Assembly: GCA_963734535.1 (NCBI GenBank)
Contig: CAVTHS010000014.1
Span: 96,001-160,000 of the forward strand
Origin: an uncultured Chloroflexia bacterium
GTDB taxonomy: Bacteria > Chloroflexota > Limnocylindria > Limnocylindrales > CSP1-4
DNA: 64,000 nucleotides
Direction of reading: 5' to 3'
A program made the position numbers and the translations under genes. The notes under the pieces are model-generated. The model did not search any database. It was not told the origin of the DNA and worked only from the letters and a program-made list of their open reading frames with translations. Positions 20,434 to 29,651 of this stretch are shown in pieces. How positions within the stretch are numbered: position 1 is the stretch's first letter; each line of letters begins with the position of its first letter.

Positions 20434-22030
20434 CGAGGCGCTGCTCGCCCGGGACGCCGACGGCTGCCGGGGCAGCCGCGGGCTCATCCACGCTGGCGCT
20501 CCCAGTCGCCGCGAACATCACCCGCTCCTGCGTCGCCTGGCCGCGCGGGATCTCGGCGGTGATCTTTCCCTCGTGGAAGACCAGGATCCGGTCCGACATG
20601 GCCAGGACCTCGGGGAGGTCGCTCGAGATGAGGATGATCCCGAGCCCGGAGGCCGCCAGCTCCGAGATGATCCGGTGAACCTCCACCTTGGCCCCGATGT
20701 CGATCCCGCGGGTGGGCTCATCCAGGATCAGGATCCTGGGCCGCGAAGCCAGCCACTTGGCAAGCACGACCTTCTGCTGGTTTCCGCCCGAGAGGGACCC
20801 CACCAGCTGGTCGACGCCGGTCATCCGGACGCTCAGCTGCCCGGTGAACTCGTGCGCCACCTTCCGCTCGGCGGAGACGCGAGTCACGAGGCGCGGGAAG
20901 AGGCGCGGGAGGATCGGCAGCGTCACGTTCTGGGCGATCGTGAAGTCCTGGACGAGGCCCTCCTGGTGCCGGTCCTCCGGGAGGTAGGCGATCCCCGCGT
21001 GCATCGCCGCGGATGGGCTGGCGAAGCTGACAGGGACGCCGCCGAGCAGGACCCGGCCCCGGTCGCGCTGGTCGATCCCGAACAGGACCCTGGCCACCTC
21101 CGTGCGGCCCGCCCCCACCAGCCCGGCGAAGCCGACGATCTCGCCGGCGCGGACGGAGAACCCGACATCGCGGAACTCGCCGATCTTCGTGAGGCCGCTG
21201 ACCTCCAGCAGCACGTCGCCGATCGGCGTCGCGACCTTCGGGAAGAGCGACACGGTCCGCCCGACCATGTGGCGGACCAGGTCGGCCGTCGTCAGGTCGC
21301 CGGTGGCCATCGTGACAACGTGCCGGCCGTCCCGGAAGACGGTGGCCCGGTCGCAGAGCACGAAGACCTCGTCGAGCCGGTGGCTCACGAACAGGACCGA
21401 GACGCCGCGCCCGCGGAGCCGGCGGACGATCGTGAAGAGGCGATCCACCTCGTGCGCGGAGAGCGAGGCCGTCGGCTCATCCAGGATGAGGACGCGCGCC
21501 TCGAGCGACAGGGATTTGGCGATCTCGATGAGCTGCTGGTCGGCCATCGAGAGGCCCCGGACCGGCGCCCCGACGTCGACCTGCACGTCGAGCTCCCGGA
21601 ACAGGTCCGCTGCCCGGCGACGGGTCGCGCCCCAGTCGATGGAGCCCAGGCGTCCCGACGGGGCGTGCCCGATGAACACGTTCTCGGCGACGGTCAGGTC
21701 CGGGAAGAGGCGAGGCTCCTGGTGCACCACGGCGATCCCGAGCGAGCGGGAGTGGGCGGGGCCGTGGATCTGGGTCGGCTCGCCATCGAGCCGGATCGTC
21801 CCGCTGTCGGGCTGATGGACGCCCGCGAGGATCTTGACCAGCGTGCTCTTCCCGGCACCGTTCTCGCCGACGAGGCCGTGGACCTCGCCGGGCAGGAGGT
21901 CGAGTGACACGTCCTCGAGCGCCTGGGTCGCCGCAAAGCGCTTGGAGATGCCGCGCAGCTCGATGCGGGGCGGCGCCGGGACCGTCACCGCGTCCGGTGC
22001 AAGGGGCTGCTCATGCGGCGACAGGGTCAC
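20426..22030 (-). CDS. rhaT: Rhamnose ABC transporter ATP-binding protein
   Basis: [18 protein letters not shown] and [12 protein letters not shown]; GTG overlaps the regulator stop. Confidence 0.9.
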   Translation of the reverse strand: MTLSPHEQPLAPDAVTVPAPPRIELRGISKRFAATQALEDVSLDLLPGEVHGLVGENGAGKSTLVKILAGVHQPDSGTIRLDGEPTQIHGPAHSRSLGIAVVHQEPRLFPDLTVAENVFIGHAPSGRLGSIDWGATRRRAADLFRELDVQVDVGAPVRGLSMADQQLIEIAKSLSLEARVLILDEPTASLSAHEVDRLFTIVRRLRGRGVSVLFVSHRLDEVFVLCDRATVFRDGRHVVTMATGDLTTADLVRHMVGRTVSLFPKVATPIGDVLLEVSGLTKIGEFRDVGFSVRAGEIVGFAGLVGAGRTEVARVLFGIDQRDRGRVLLGGVPVSFASPSAAMHAGIAYLPEDRHQEGLVQDFTIAQNVTLPILPRLFPRLVTRVSAERKVAHEFTGQLSVRMTGVDQLVGSLSGGNQQKVVLAKWLASRPRILILDEPTRGIDIGAKVEVHRIISELAASGLGIILISSDLPEVLAMSDRILVFHEGKITAEIPRGQATQERVMFAATGSASVDEPAAAPAAVGVPGEQRLDG

Positions 22031-22881
22031 GGGGCCCCCAGGAGGTCGCGCCCGTCGACGGCGCCCGACCCCGGCCGGCCGGTCTCGGTGACACTGATTC
22101 CCATCTCGCGCAGCGCCGACACCATCGCTGCGGGTGCGCCCGAATCCGTGAGGACACCGGCAAGGCGGTCCGTCCGGCAGAACGTGGCGGAGGCGATGCG
22201 GCCCCACTTCGTGTGGTCGACGACGGCGTAGACCTCGTGCGCGGCGCCGACCATCGAGCGCTTGATCTGGGCCTCCTCCTCCATCGCGTCGGAGAGGCCC
22301 GCCTCGATCGTGAAGCCGGCCGCGCCCACGAACGCCTTCTGAACGTTGACTCGGCGGAAGACCCCGTCACCGAGCGGGCCGACCACGGAGAGCGCCTCCC
22401 AGCGAACGCGTCCGCCCAGCATGAGGACGGTGATGCCCGGGTGGCCGGCCAGCTCGGAGGCGATCCGGATGCTGTTGGTGACCACCGTCAGCCCATGCCA
22501 CGCCTCGCGATCCATGAGGCGGCGTGCGATGTACAGGGCCGTCGTGCTGGCGTCGAGGACGATGCTCTCACCGTCGCCGATGCGACCGGCCGCGGCCGCG
22601 GCGATGCCGACCTTCTCGTCGCGCTGGAGCCGTTCCCGGATCTCGAACGCGAGCTCCGGCCGGCTGTCGCCCATCGCGATGGCGCCGCCATGGGTGCGGA
22701 TCACGCGGCGCTTGCCCTCCAGGATGAGGAGGTCCTTGCGAATCGTGACCGCGGAGACGCCGAAGCTTCCCGCCAGCTCGGTCACCCGGGCGCGACCCGT
22801 CTCCTCGACGATCCGGGCGATCTGCTGCTGGCGCTCACGAGCGAAAACGCCGTGCGGCACGTTGAAAGCCTTCGCAGTCAC
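22027..22881 (-). CDS. DeoR/GlpR-family regulator (probable rhamnose regulator)
   Basis: ERQQQI, FGVSAVTIRKDL, RTHGGA, LDASTT, VVTNS and DHTKW motifs; heads the rha operon. Confidence 0.92.
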   Translation of the reverse strand: MTAKAFNVPHGVFARERQQQIARIVEETGRARVTELAGSFGVSAVTIRKDLLILEGKRRVIRTHGGAIAMGDSRPELAFEIRERLQRDEKVGIAAAAAGRIGDGESIVLDASTTALYIARRLMDREAWHGLTVVTNSIRIASELAGHPGITVLMLGGRVRWEALSVVGPLGDGVFRRVNVQKAFVGAAGFTIEAGLSDAMEEEAQIKRSMVGAAHEVYAVVDHTKWGRIASATFCRTDRLAGVLTDSGAPAAMVSALREMGISVTETGRPGSGAVDGRDLLGAP

Positions 22882-22989
22882 TCGCTCTTCCCGGTCTCGA
22901 CGAATGGACTTCGGTTGGTTGCGATTAGATACACTTTGCATCGGGCTGTGACGGAAGTCAAGGCGATCCGCACCCGTGACGGCGGCTTC

Positions 22990-23037
22990 TTGACACACCG
23001 GTCGGTTCTCCGTAGGATCAACAAGCCTTTATATAAA
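22990..23037 (+). promoter_or_regulatory. Sigma70-type promoter of the arsR-pgsA-ino1 operon with an AT-rich palindrome
   Basis: TTGACA (22990) -17 bp- TAGGAT (23013); TTTATATAAA palindrome at 23028-23037. Confidence 0.7.
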
Positions 23038-23040
23038 CGT

Positions 23041-23445
23041 GTGTTGCAGGACGGTCCGCGAGCGGCGGATCCTCCCCGACCAGCCGGGAGCTTCGCCCTG
23101 TCCCCTTCGCCAGCCCGGATCCGCGGGACCCTCGCATCGATCGTCGACCAGCCCGACGAGCTGCGCGAGCTGCGCACCTTCCACCGGGCGCTCGCCGACG
23201 TGAACCGGCTGCGGATCGTTCGCCGCCTCGCGGAGACCCCCTCGACGGTGACCGAGCTGATCGATCACGTCGGGCTGTCGCAGCCGCTCGTCAGCCACCA
23301 CCTCAAGCGCCTCCGCGACGCGGGGCTGGTCGTGACCAGGCGGGCCGGGCGCGAGACGATCTGCTCGCTCCGGCCCGGGGCCTTCGACGAGGTCGCCGCA
23401 CGTGAGCGCGTCGTGCTCGGCTACGCGCCGCCCGTGGTGGGCTGA
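23041..23445 (+). CDS. ArsR/SmtB-family regulator
   Basis: ALADVNRLRIV, LSQPLVSHHLKRLRDAGLV and RRAGR motifs; start uncertain (GTG 23041). Confidence 0.85.
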   Translation: MLQDGPRAADPPRPAGSFALSPSPARIRGTLASIVDQPDELRELRTFHRALADVNRLRIVRRLAETPSTVTELIDHVGLSQPLVSHHLKRLRDAGLVVTRRAGRETICSLRPGAFDEVAARERVVLGYAPPVVG

Positions 23446-23456
23446 GGCGCGGGCGG

Positions 23457-24164
23457 ATGACCATCTCGAACCAGACGCGCAGCCGGATCAAGCGACTCGG
23501 CGAGCCGCTTGCGCTGGCCCTTGGCAGGGCCGGCCTCACCCCGGACGGTCTGACTTTGATCGGCTTCGGGGTCACCGCCGCGGGGGCGGTCCTGCTCGCC
23601 AACCAGATGTGGCTGGTGGGCGGGCTCGTGGTCCTCTGCGGGGCCTCGTTCGACATGCTCGACGGGGCCCTGGCGCGGGCGTCGGGCCGGGTGAGCCGCT
23701 TCGGCGCGTTTCTCGACTCGGTCCTCGACCGCTCCGGAGAAGCGCTCGTCTACGTCGGCCTGGTCTGGGGCACGCTCGATCTCGGCCTGTGGCGCCCCGT
23801 CGTCCTCGCCGCCGCGGCCATGGCCGCGGCGTTCATGGTCAGCTACGTCAGGGCCAAGGCGGAAGGCCTGGGCTTCTCCCCCGGAACCGGGATGGCCGCC
23901 GTCGGCCTCGCGCCCCGCGAGGTCCGGACGGTCATCCTCACCCTCGGCCTCGTCGTCGCGGGAATCCTGCCGGGCTTCCCGGCGGACATGAACGCGCCGG
24001 GCGCGCAGGCGTACCCGCTATCGGCGCTCGCCCTCGAGGCAGCGCTCGGGCTCATCGCGCTCCTCGGGACGGTGACCGTCATCCAGCGAATCCTCCACAC
24101 CCGGGCCCAGGCGCGCCTCCAGGAGCACGCGGCGGCCGGGGAGACGCCCGTGCGGCCGGGCTGA
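23457..24164 (+). CDS. pgsA: CDP-alcohol phosphatidyltransferase, phosphatidylinositol-phosphate synthase-like
   Basis: DMLDGALAR...[10 protein letters not shown] signature; [13 protein letters not shown] and TVIQR resemble PIP synthases; adjacent to ino1. Confidence 0.88.
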   Translation: MTISNQTRSRIKRLGEPLALALGRAGLTPDGLTLIGFGVTAAGAVLLANQMWLVGGLVVLCGASFDMLDGALARASGRVSRFGAFLDSVLDRSGEALVYVGLVWGTLDLGLWRPVVLAAAAMAAAFMVSYVRAKAEGLGFSPGTGMAAVGLAPREVRTVILTLGLVVAGILPGFPADMNAPGAQAYPLSALALEAALGLIALLGTVTVIQRILHTRAQARLQEHAAAGETPVRPG

Positions 24165-24225
24165 CATTGCACCACCGACCCACGGACCCAAAGCCAACCC
24201 CCAGCAGGAGGCACGAGACAACCAA

Positions 24226-25482
24226 ATGGCCAAGAAGGACTCGATCAAGGGGAGCACGAACGGCGTGAGCAGCAACGGAACGAGCACGAGCGAGGCCGGC
24301 ACCTGGGCCGGGTCGAAGCGCAAGGACGGCAAGATCCGCGTCGCGATCGTCGGCGTCGGGAACTGCGCCAGCAGCCTTGTCCAGGGTCGCTTCTACTACG
24401 AGAACGCCAAGGAGACGGAGGCTGTCCCGGGCCTCATGCACGTCAACCTCGGCGGCTACCACGTCCGCGACATCGAGTTCGTGGCTGCCTTCGACGTCAA
24501 CGCGACCAAGGTCGGCAAGGACCTCTCCGAGGCCATCTACGCCGAGCCAAACAACACGATCGTCTTCCAGCAGGTCCCCCACATGGGCGTGACCGTCGAT
24601 CGCGGCATGACCCACGACGGCCTGGGCAAGTACCTGTCCCAGATCATCAAGAAGGCGCCCGGGCCCACGGCCGACATCGTCGGCATCCTGCGCGAGCGCG
24701 AGGTCGACGTCATGGTCTCCTACCTGCCGGTGGGCAGCGAGGAGGCGACGAAGTGGTACGTCGAGCAGGCCCTGCGCGCGGGCGTGGGGTTCGTGAACGC
24801 GATCCCGGTCTTCATCGGCCGCGAGCCCTACTGGCAGCGCCGCTTCGCCGAGATGGGCCTGCCGGTCATCGGCGACGACATCAAGAGCCAGGTCGGCGCG
24901 ACGATCACCCATCGCGTGATGACCCGCCTCTTCATGGACCGCGGCGTGCGCCTGGACCGGACCTACCAGCTGAACTTCGGGGGCAACACCGACTTCCTCA
25001 ACATGCTCGAGCGCGAGCGCCTCGAGAGCAAGAAGATCAGCAAGACCAACGCGGTCACCTCGATGCTCGACTACGACATCGACCCCGACAACATCCACGT
25101 TGGCCCGAGTGACCACGTGCCGTGGCTTCTCGACCGCAAGTACTGTTACATCGTCATGGAGGGGACCACGTACGGGGACGTTCCGCTGAAGGCCGAGCTC
25201 AAGCTCGAGGTCTGGGACAGCCCCAACAGCGCTGGCGTCATCACCGACGCGATCCGCTGCCTGAAGCTGGGCCTGGATCGCGGCCTCAAGGGAACCCTGG
25301 TCGCCCCGTCGAGCTATTTCATGAAGAGCCCGCCTCTCCAGGTCCACGACGACATCTCGTACAACCGCGTCGAGGCGTTCATCCGCGGCGAGGACAACGA
25401 GACGCTGGTCGGGACGGAGAAGCCCGTCGCCCGATCGCTCCGGACCCTGGCCAAGGCGCCGGACAAGGTCGCCGTGAAGTGA
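24226..25482 (+). CDS. ino1: myo-inositol-1-phosphate synthase
   Basis: [48 protein letters not shown] and WDSPNSAG motifs. Confidence 0.97.
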   Translation: MAKKDSIKGSTNGVSSNGTSTSEAGTWAGSKRKDGKIRVAIVGVGNCASSLVQGRFYYENAKETEAVPGLMHVNLGGYHVRDIEFVAAFDVNATKVGKDLSEAIYAEPNNTIVFQQVPHMGVTVDRGMTHDGLGKYLSQIIKKAPGPTADIVGILREREVDVMVSYLPVGSEEATKWYVEQALRAGVGFVNAIPVFIGREPYWQRRFAEMGLPVIGDDIKSQVGATITHRVMTRLFMDRGVRLDRTYQLNFGGNTDFLNMLERERLESKKISKTNAVTSMLDYDIDPDNIHVGPSDHVPWLLDRKYCYIVMEGTTYGDVPLKAELKLEVWDSPNSAGVITDAIRCLKLGLDRGLKGTLVAPSSYFMKSPPLQVHDDISYNRVEAFIRGEDNETLVGTEKPVARSLRTLAKAPDKVAVK

Positions 25483-26582
25483 TGTCCGCTCCCGGGACGC
25501 CCGGCACCCCCGACGGGGCGCCGGGCACCGAGGCCAGGAGCGGCTCCCGGACCGCGCTCCGCGCGCCCCATCACCGTGAAGCGCAGGGGCGGCGCTTGCG
25601 GGCACGGTCCGCCGTGCTCGGATACCGGGCCGGCGCGTGGACCCTCGCTCGCCTGCCGCTCGGACCGGCGACGCGCGTCGGCGGCTGGATCGCGGTCGCC
25701 GTCTACTGGGCATGGCCGGCCCGGCGCCGCTACGTGCGCGCCAACGCCGCGCGTGTGCTGGGCGTCGACGCGAGCGATCGCCGCGTCGGCCACCTGGCGC
25801 GCGGCGTCTACCGGAACCAGGTCCGCTGGGTCCTGGAGCTGATGCGGCTGTCGCGCCTCTCCCAGGCGGAGCGGGTCGCGCAGATCGGCGACAACGCCGC
25901 CGAGCCGTTCCATTCCGCGTGGCTCGAATCGGACGGGTTGATCATCGTGGGGGCCCACCTCGGCAACAACGAGGCGGCTGCGGCGGGCCTTGCTGGCCGT
26001 GGCTGGCCGATCCACGCCGTCGCGGACGATACGGCGTACGAGGAGCTCTTCGACCATCTCAACCGGGAGCGCCTCAGCTGGGGGGTCGGGCAGATCCCGT
26101 GGCGGAATCTCCGGGAGGTCTTCCGGGTCCTCCGGCGGCGGGAGATCGTGGGACTCCTGGTGGACTGGGGCTACCGCCCCGACGGGATCCCGGTCCGGTT
26201 CTTCGGGGCCTGGACGCGCTTCCCCGCCGGACCCGCGGTGCTCGCCGCCAAGACCGGCGCGACGATCCTTCCCTTCTGGGTGATCCGCACCGACGGCCGC
26301 CATGCGACCGAGGTCGGCGAACGCATCACGGTCGCCTCGATGGAGCCGGCCGACCTGGCGCGGGCGACGCAGCAGATCGCGGACACGCTCGAGGCCGGGA
26401 TCCGCCTCGCGCCGGAGCAATGGTGCGTCTTCAAGCCGATGTGGCCGGACGACCCCGCCGAGATCGCCCGCCTCGAGGCGCTCGCCGCGGTGCCGCAGTC
26501 GGCCGTCGCTGCCGAGGGCGCCGTGTCCGATCCCGCCGAGGGCGCGACCCCCGACGGGGCCGCGGCGCGCGTCGGTGCATGA
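25482..26582 (+). CDS. PatA/LpxL-family acyltransferase 1 (phosphatidylinositol mannoside acyltransferase-like)
   Basis: AHLGNNE, LLVD, VRFFG..PAGPA.LA and PEQW motifs. Confidence 0.82.
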   Translation: MSAPGTPGTPDGAPGTEARSGSRTALRAPHHREAQGRRLRARSAVLGYRAGAWTLARLPLGPATRVGGWIAVAVYWAWPARRRYVRANAARVLGVDASDRRVGHLARGVYRNQVRWVLELMRLSRLSQAERVAQIGDNAAEPFHSAWLESDGLIIVGAHLGNNEAAAAGLAGRGWPIHAVADDTAYEELFDHLNRERLSWGVGQIPWRNLREVFRVLRRREIVGLLVDWGYRPDGIPVRFFGAWTRFPAGPAVLAAKTGATILPFWVIRTDGRHATEVGERITVASMEPADLARATQQIADTLEAGIRLAPEQWCVFKPMWPDDPAEIARLEALAAVPQSAVAAEGAVSDPAEGATPDGAAARVGA

Positions 26583-27585
26583 CGGTCGCACGAGCGTGAT
26601 CGTGGCGCCGGCAGTGTGCGTTCCGCTCGGCGCCACCCGCGTCCAACGGCTCCGCGTTCGCCTGCTCGAGGCGACCGGCTGGGTCGCGAACCGCCTGCCA
26701 GCGAGCGTGGCGGGCGGCGCCGCCGACGCTGCGGGCGAGCTCTGGTACCGCGCCACCCCGGCGCGAGCCGCCCAGGCGCGCGCGAACCTGGGACGCGTGG
26801 TCGCGCACCTCGCCGCAACCGGCATGGGATCCGACCGGGTCCGGGCCGCGGCCGGCGATCCCGCCGCGCTCGAGCGCCTGGTCCGCGCGTCCTACCGCCA
26901 GGCGGCACGGACCTACGCCGAGATGCTCCGGGCAGGCGCCGTCATCCGGGAGGCCCCGGGCCGGACTCGCGTCGAGGGGCCCGAGGCCGTCGACGCCGCC
27001 TTCGCGACCCACCCGGCGATCTTCTCTTCCCTCCACTTCGGGTCGCTCCAGGCGACCGAGGCCATCCTGCTGACCCGGACCGACATCCCGGTCACTGCCC
27101 CCATGGAGACGCTCGACGATCCGGCCCTCCAGGCGTTCACTTCGAGGGCTCGATCGGCGACCGGCGTGCGCCTCGTGACCCTCGAGGCCGCCCGGCGCGA
27201 GCTGCGCGCCGCGCTGGCCCGCGGCGAGTACGCGGGGATCGTGGGGGACCGCGACGTCGGCGGCGGCGGCATGCCGGTGACCTTCTTCGGCTCGCCCGCG
27301 CCGCTGCCCGTCGGGCCCGCGTTGCTCGCGCTCGAGTCCGGCGCCCCGATTCACGTGGCGGCCGTCCGGCGCCTCCGCGGCGAGCGGTTCGCGGGCCGCC
27401 TCGAGACGATCCTGCCGCCGGACGGGCCCCACGCGGCGGGCCCGGGCGCCCGGCGGGCCCGCGTCGAGGCGCTCCTCGCGGCGGAGGCCGGCGCGTTCGA
27501 GCGTCTCGTGGCGGACGCCCCCGAGCAGTGGTGGACGGTCCTCTTCCCGATCTGGCCCGACCTCGAACCGGTGCCGCGCCGATGA
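26575..27585 (+). CDS. PatA/LpxL-family acyltransferase 2 (divergent)
   Basis: LHFGSLQ, IVGDRD, VTFFG..PVGPA.LA and PEQWW motifs; start approximate. Confidence 0.75.
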   Translation: MHDGRTSVIVAPAVCVPLGATRVQRLRVRLLEATGWVANRLPASVAGGAADAAGELWYRATPARAAQARANLGRVVAHLAATGMGSDRVRAAAGDPAALERLVRASYRQAARTYAEMLRAGAVIREAPGRTRVEGPEAVDAAFATHPAIFSSLHFGSLQATEAILLTRTDIPVTAPMETLDDPALQAFTSRARSATGVRLVTLEAARRELRAALARGEYAGIVGDRDVGGGGMPVTFFGSPAPLPVGPALLALESGAPIHVAAVRRLRGERFAGRLETILPPDGPHAAGPGARRARVEALLAAEAGAFERLVADAPEQWWTVLFPIWPDLEPVPRR

Positions 27586-28454
27586 GCGCGGGTGGCACCT
27601 CCCGTCGGTCGGCCGGTGGCCCGGACCCGGCGCAGCCGCATGGCCGTGCCGACCTGCACGTCCACACGCTCGCCTCGGACGGGGTCGACGGGATCGAGGC
27701 GATCCTCGACTACGCGGTCGCACGCACGGACCTCGACGTCCTCGGGATTGCCGACCACGAGCGGATCGATGCGGCCGTCGCCGCGCGGGCGCTCGCCCGT
27801 GAGCGCGGGCTGCGGATCGAGATCGTCGTGGGCGAGGAGGTGACCACGCGCGATGGGCACCTGCTGGCCCTCTTCGTGGAGGAGCGGCTCCGTCCGTTCC
27901 GCTCGATGCGCACGACGATCGGCGAGATCCACGAGCAGGGTGGCATCGCCATCCCGGCCCACCCGCTCTTCCCCTACCCGCTCTGCGCGCAGGGCTGGAC
28001 GCTCCGGCGCCTCCTGACCGCGGATGATCCCCGCGTCCGTCCGGACGCCCTGGAAGCCTTCAACCCCACCACGTTCGGGCGCCTTGTCCACGAGCGGGTC
28101 AGCCTGTTTGCCGCGGCGCACGGCGTGGCCACGATCGGCAGCAGCGACGCGCACGCCGCGGCGTCGGTCGGGACGGGCTTCACAACCTTCCCCGGACGGA
28201 CGGCAGAGGACGTGCGACGCGCGATCCTCGACGGGACGACGGGCTGGGAAGGGTCCTTCCACCGGACGGCTGCGCAGCTCCCGACGTTCGGGCGGCAGCT
28301 CCGCAAGTACGGCCGCGACCTGCGGGCGGAGGTCGGCGGCCGGGTCCGGCGCGATGGAACCGGGCGTGACCTGGGCTACCCCGGGGGTCGCTTCCGCCCG
28401 CCCCGGCCGGGCGAGACCGCCGGGGTCGTGCGACCGCGGGACGACGCCTCGTGA
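27582..28454 (+). CDS. PHP-family phosphoesterase
   Basis: ADLHVHT..SDG, IADHE, GEEV, GHLL, AHP, EAFN and GSSDAH motifs. Confidence 0.88.
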   Translation: MSAGGTSRRSAGGPDPAQPHGRADLHVHTLASDGVDGIEAILDYAVARTDLDVLGIADHERIDAAVAARALARERGLRIEIVVGEEVTTRDGHLLALFVEERLRPFRSMRTTIGEIHEQGGIAIPAHPLFPYPLCAQGWTLRRLLTADDPRVRPDALEAFNPTTFGRLVHERVSLFAAAHGVATIGSSDAHAAASVGTGFTTFPGRTAEDVRRAILDGTTGWEGSFHRTAAQLPTFGRQLRKYGRDLRAEVGGRVRRDGTGRDLGYPGGRFRPPRPGETAGVVRPRDDAS

Positions 28455-29632
28455 AGATCGGGCTCGTCACCCCGTACGTCTACCCGTTGCCGGGCGGGGT
28501 GAACGACCACGTGGGGCACCTCTACGAGACGCTCCGGGCGCGGGGTCACGACGTCCGGATCCTGACCGCCAGCCACGGCCTGCAGCGCAGCTCCGAGGGC
28601 GACGTCATCCGGATCGGGAAGGGCTTCTCGGTGCCCTCCAACGGGTCGATGGGGACGATCACCGTCTCGCCGCGCTACCGGAGCCAGATCCAGGACGTCC
28701 TGGACCGCGAGCAGTTCGACCTGCTGCACTTCCACGAGCCCTTCGTGCCGCTCCTGGCGTTGTTCACCCTGCGCGAGTCGCGGAGCGTGAACATCGCGAC
28801 GTTTCACGCCTACGCGGGCTATGCCCCCGGCTACCAGCTGGGCGGGAAGATGCTGGGGCCCGTCGCCCGCAACCTCCACGGAAGGATCGCGGTCAGCGCC
28901 GCCGCCCGGCACTTCGCCGATCGCTACCTGCCCGGGGACTACAAGGTGATCCCGAACGGGGTCGACCTGCGCCGTTTCGCCCACGCGGTTCCGATGGCCC
29001 GCTGGCAGGACGGGCGGCCCAACATCCTGTTCGTGGGCCGGCTCGAGCCGCGCAAGGGCCTGCTCCCGCTCCTCAAGGCCTACCGGATCCTGCGCAAGAG
29101 CGGGTGCGACTGTCGCCTCCTCGTCGTTGGCTCCGGGCCGCAGGAGCGCGAGGCGCGCCGCTACGTGATGACCCGCCGCCTGCCCGACGTGGAGCTCCTG
29201 GGCCGCGTCTCGGACGGCGACAAGGTCCAGCTGTTCAAGTCCGCGGACGTCTATGTTTCGCCGGCGACCGGCCGCGAATCGTTCGGGATCGTGCTCCTCG
29301 AGGCGATGGCGGCCGGGACGGCCATCGTCTGCAGCGACATCCACGGCTACAAGGGCGTGGTGAAGCGGGGTGAGCAGGCGCTCCTGGTGCCGCCGGGCGA
29401 GTCGCGACCGCTGGCGGAGGCGATCCTCCGCCTCCTCGCGGACCCGGCTCTCCGCGAGCGGATGGGAGCAAGCGGGCTGGAGCGCGTCGTCGACTACGGG
29501 TGGGACCGGATCGGCGCCCGCGTCGAGGCCTATTACGGGTTCGTGATCCGGCGCCTGGCGGCCCAGGGCGCGCTGCCCCGCGACTTCCACGCCGAGGTCC
29601 CGCCCGACCCGCGGGGCAGCCCCGTCACCTGA
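28451..29632 (+). CDS. pimA: GT4 phosphatidylinositol alpha-mannosyltransferase-like
   Basis: PY..PGGV..HV, NGS, FDLLHFHEP, ATFH, GRIAVS, IPNGVD, EPRKG and ESFGIVLLEAMAAG match PimA; pgsA-patA context. Confidence 0.82.
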   Translation: MKIGLVTPYVYPLPGGVNDHVGHLYETLRARGHDVRILTASHGLQRSSEGDVIRIGKGFSVPSNGSMGTITVSPRYRSQIQDVLDREQFDLLHFHEPFVPLLALFTLRESRSVNIATFHAYAGYAPGYQLGGKMLGPVARNLHGRIAVSAAARHFADRYLPGDYKVIPNGVDLRRFAHAVPMARWQDGRPNILFVGRLEPRKGLLPLLKAYRILRKSGCDCRLLVVGSGPQEREARRYVMTRRLPDVELLGRVSDGDKVQLFKSADVYVSPATGRESFGIVLLEAMAAGTAIVCSDIHGYKGVVKRGEQALLVPPGESRPLAEAILRLLADPALRERMGASGLERVVDYGWDRIGARVEAYYGFVIRRLAAQGALPRDFHAEVPPDPRGSPVT

Positions 29633-29651
29633 CTCCGCGTCGACGCCCCGT

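Noticed and set aside
25482-27585. Lipid A biosynthesis (LpxL)
   Set aside because: Same family, but the pgsA/ino1/pimA context indicates PatA-like function and no other lpx genes are present
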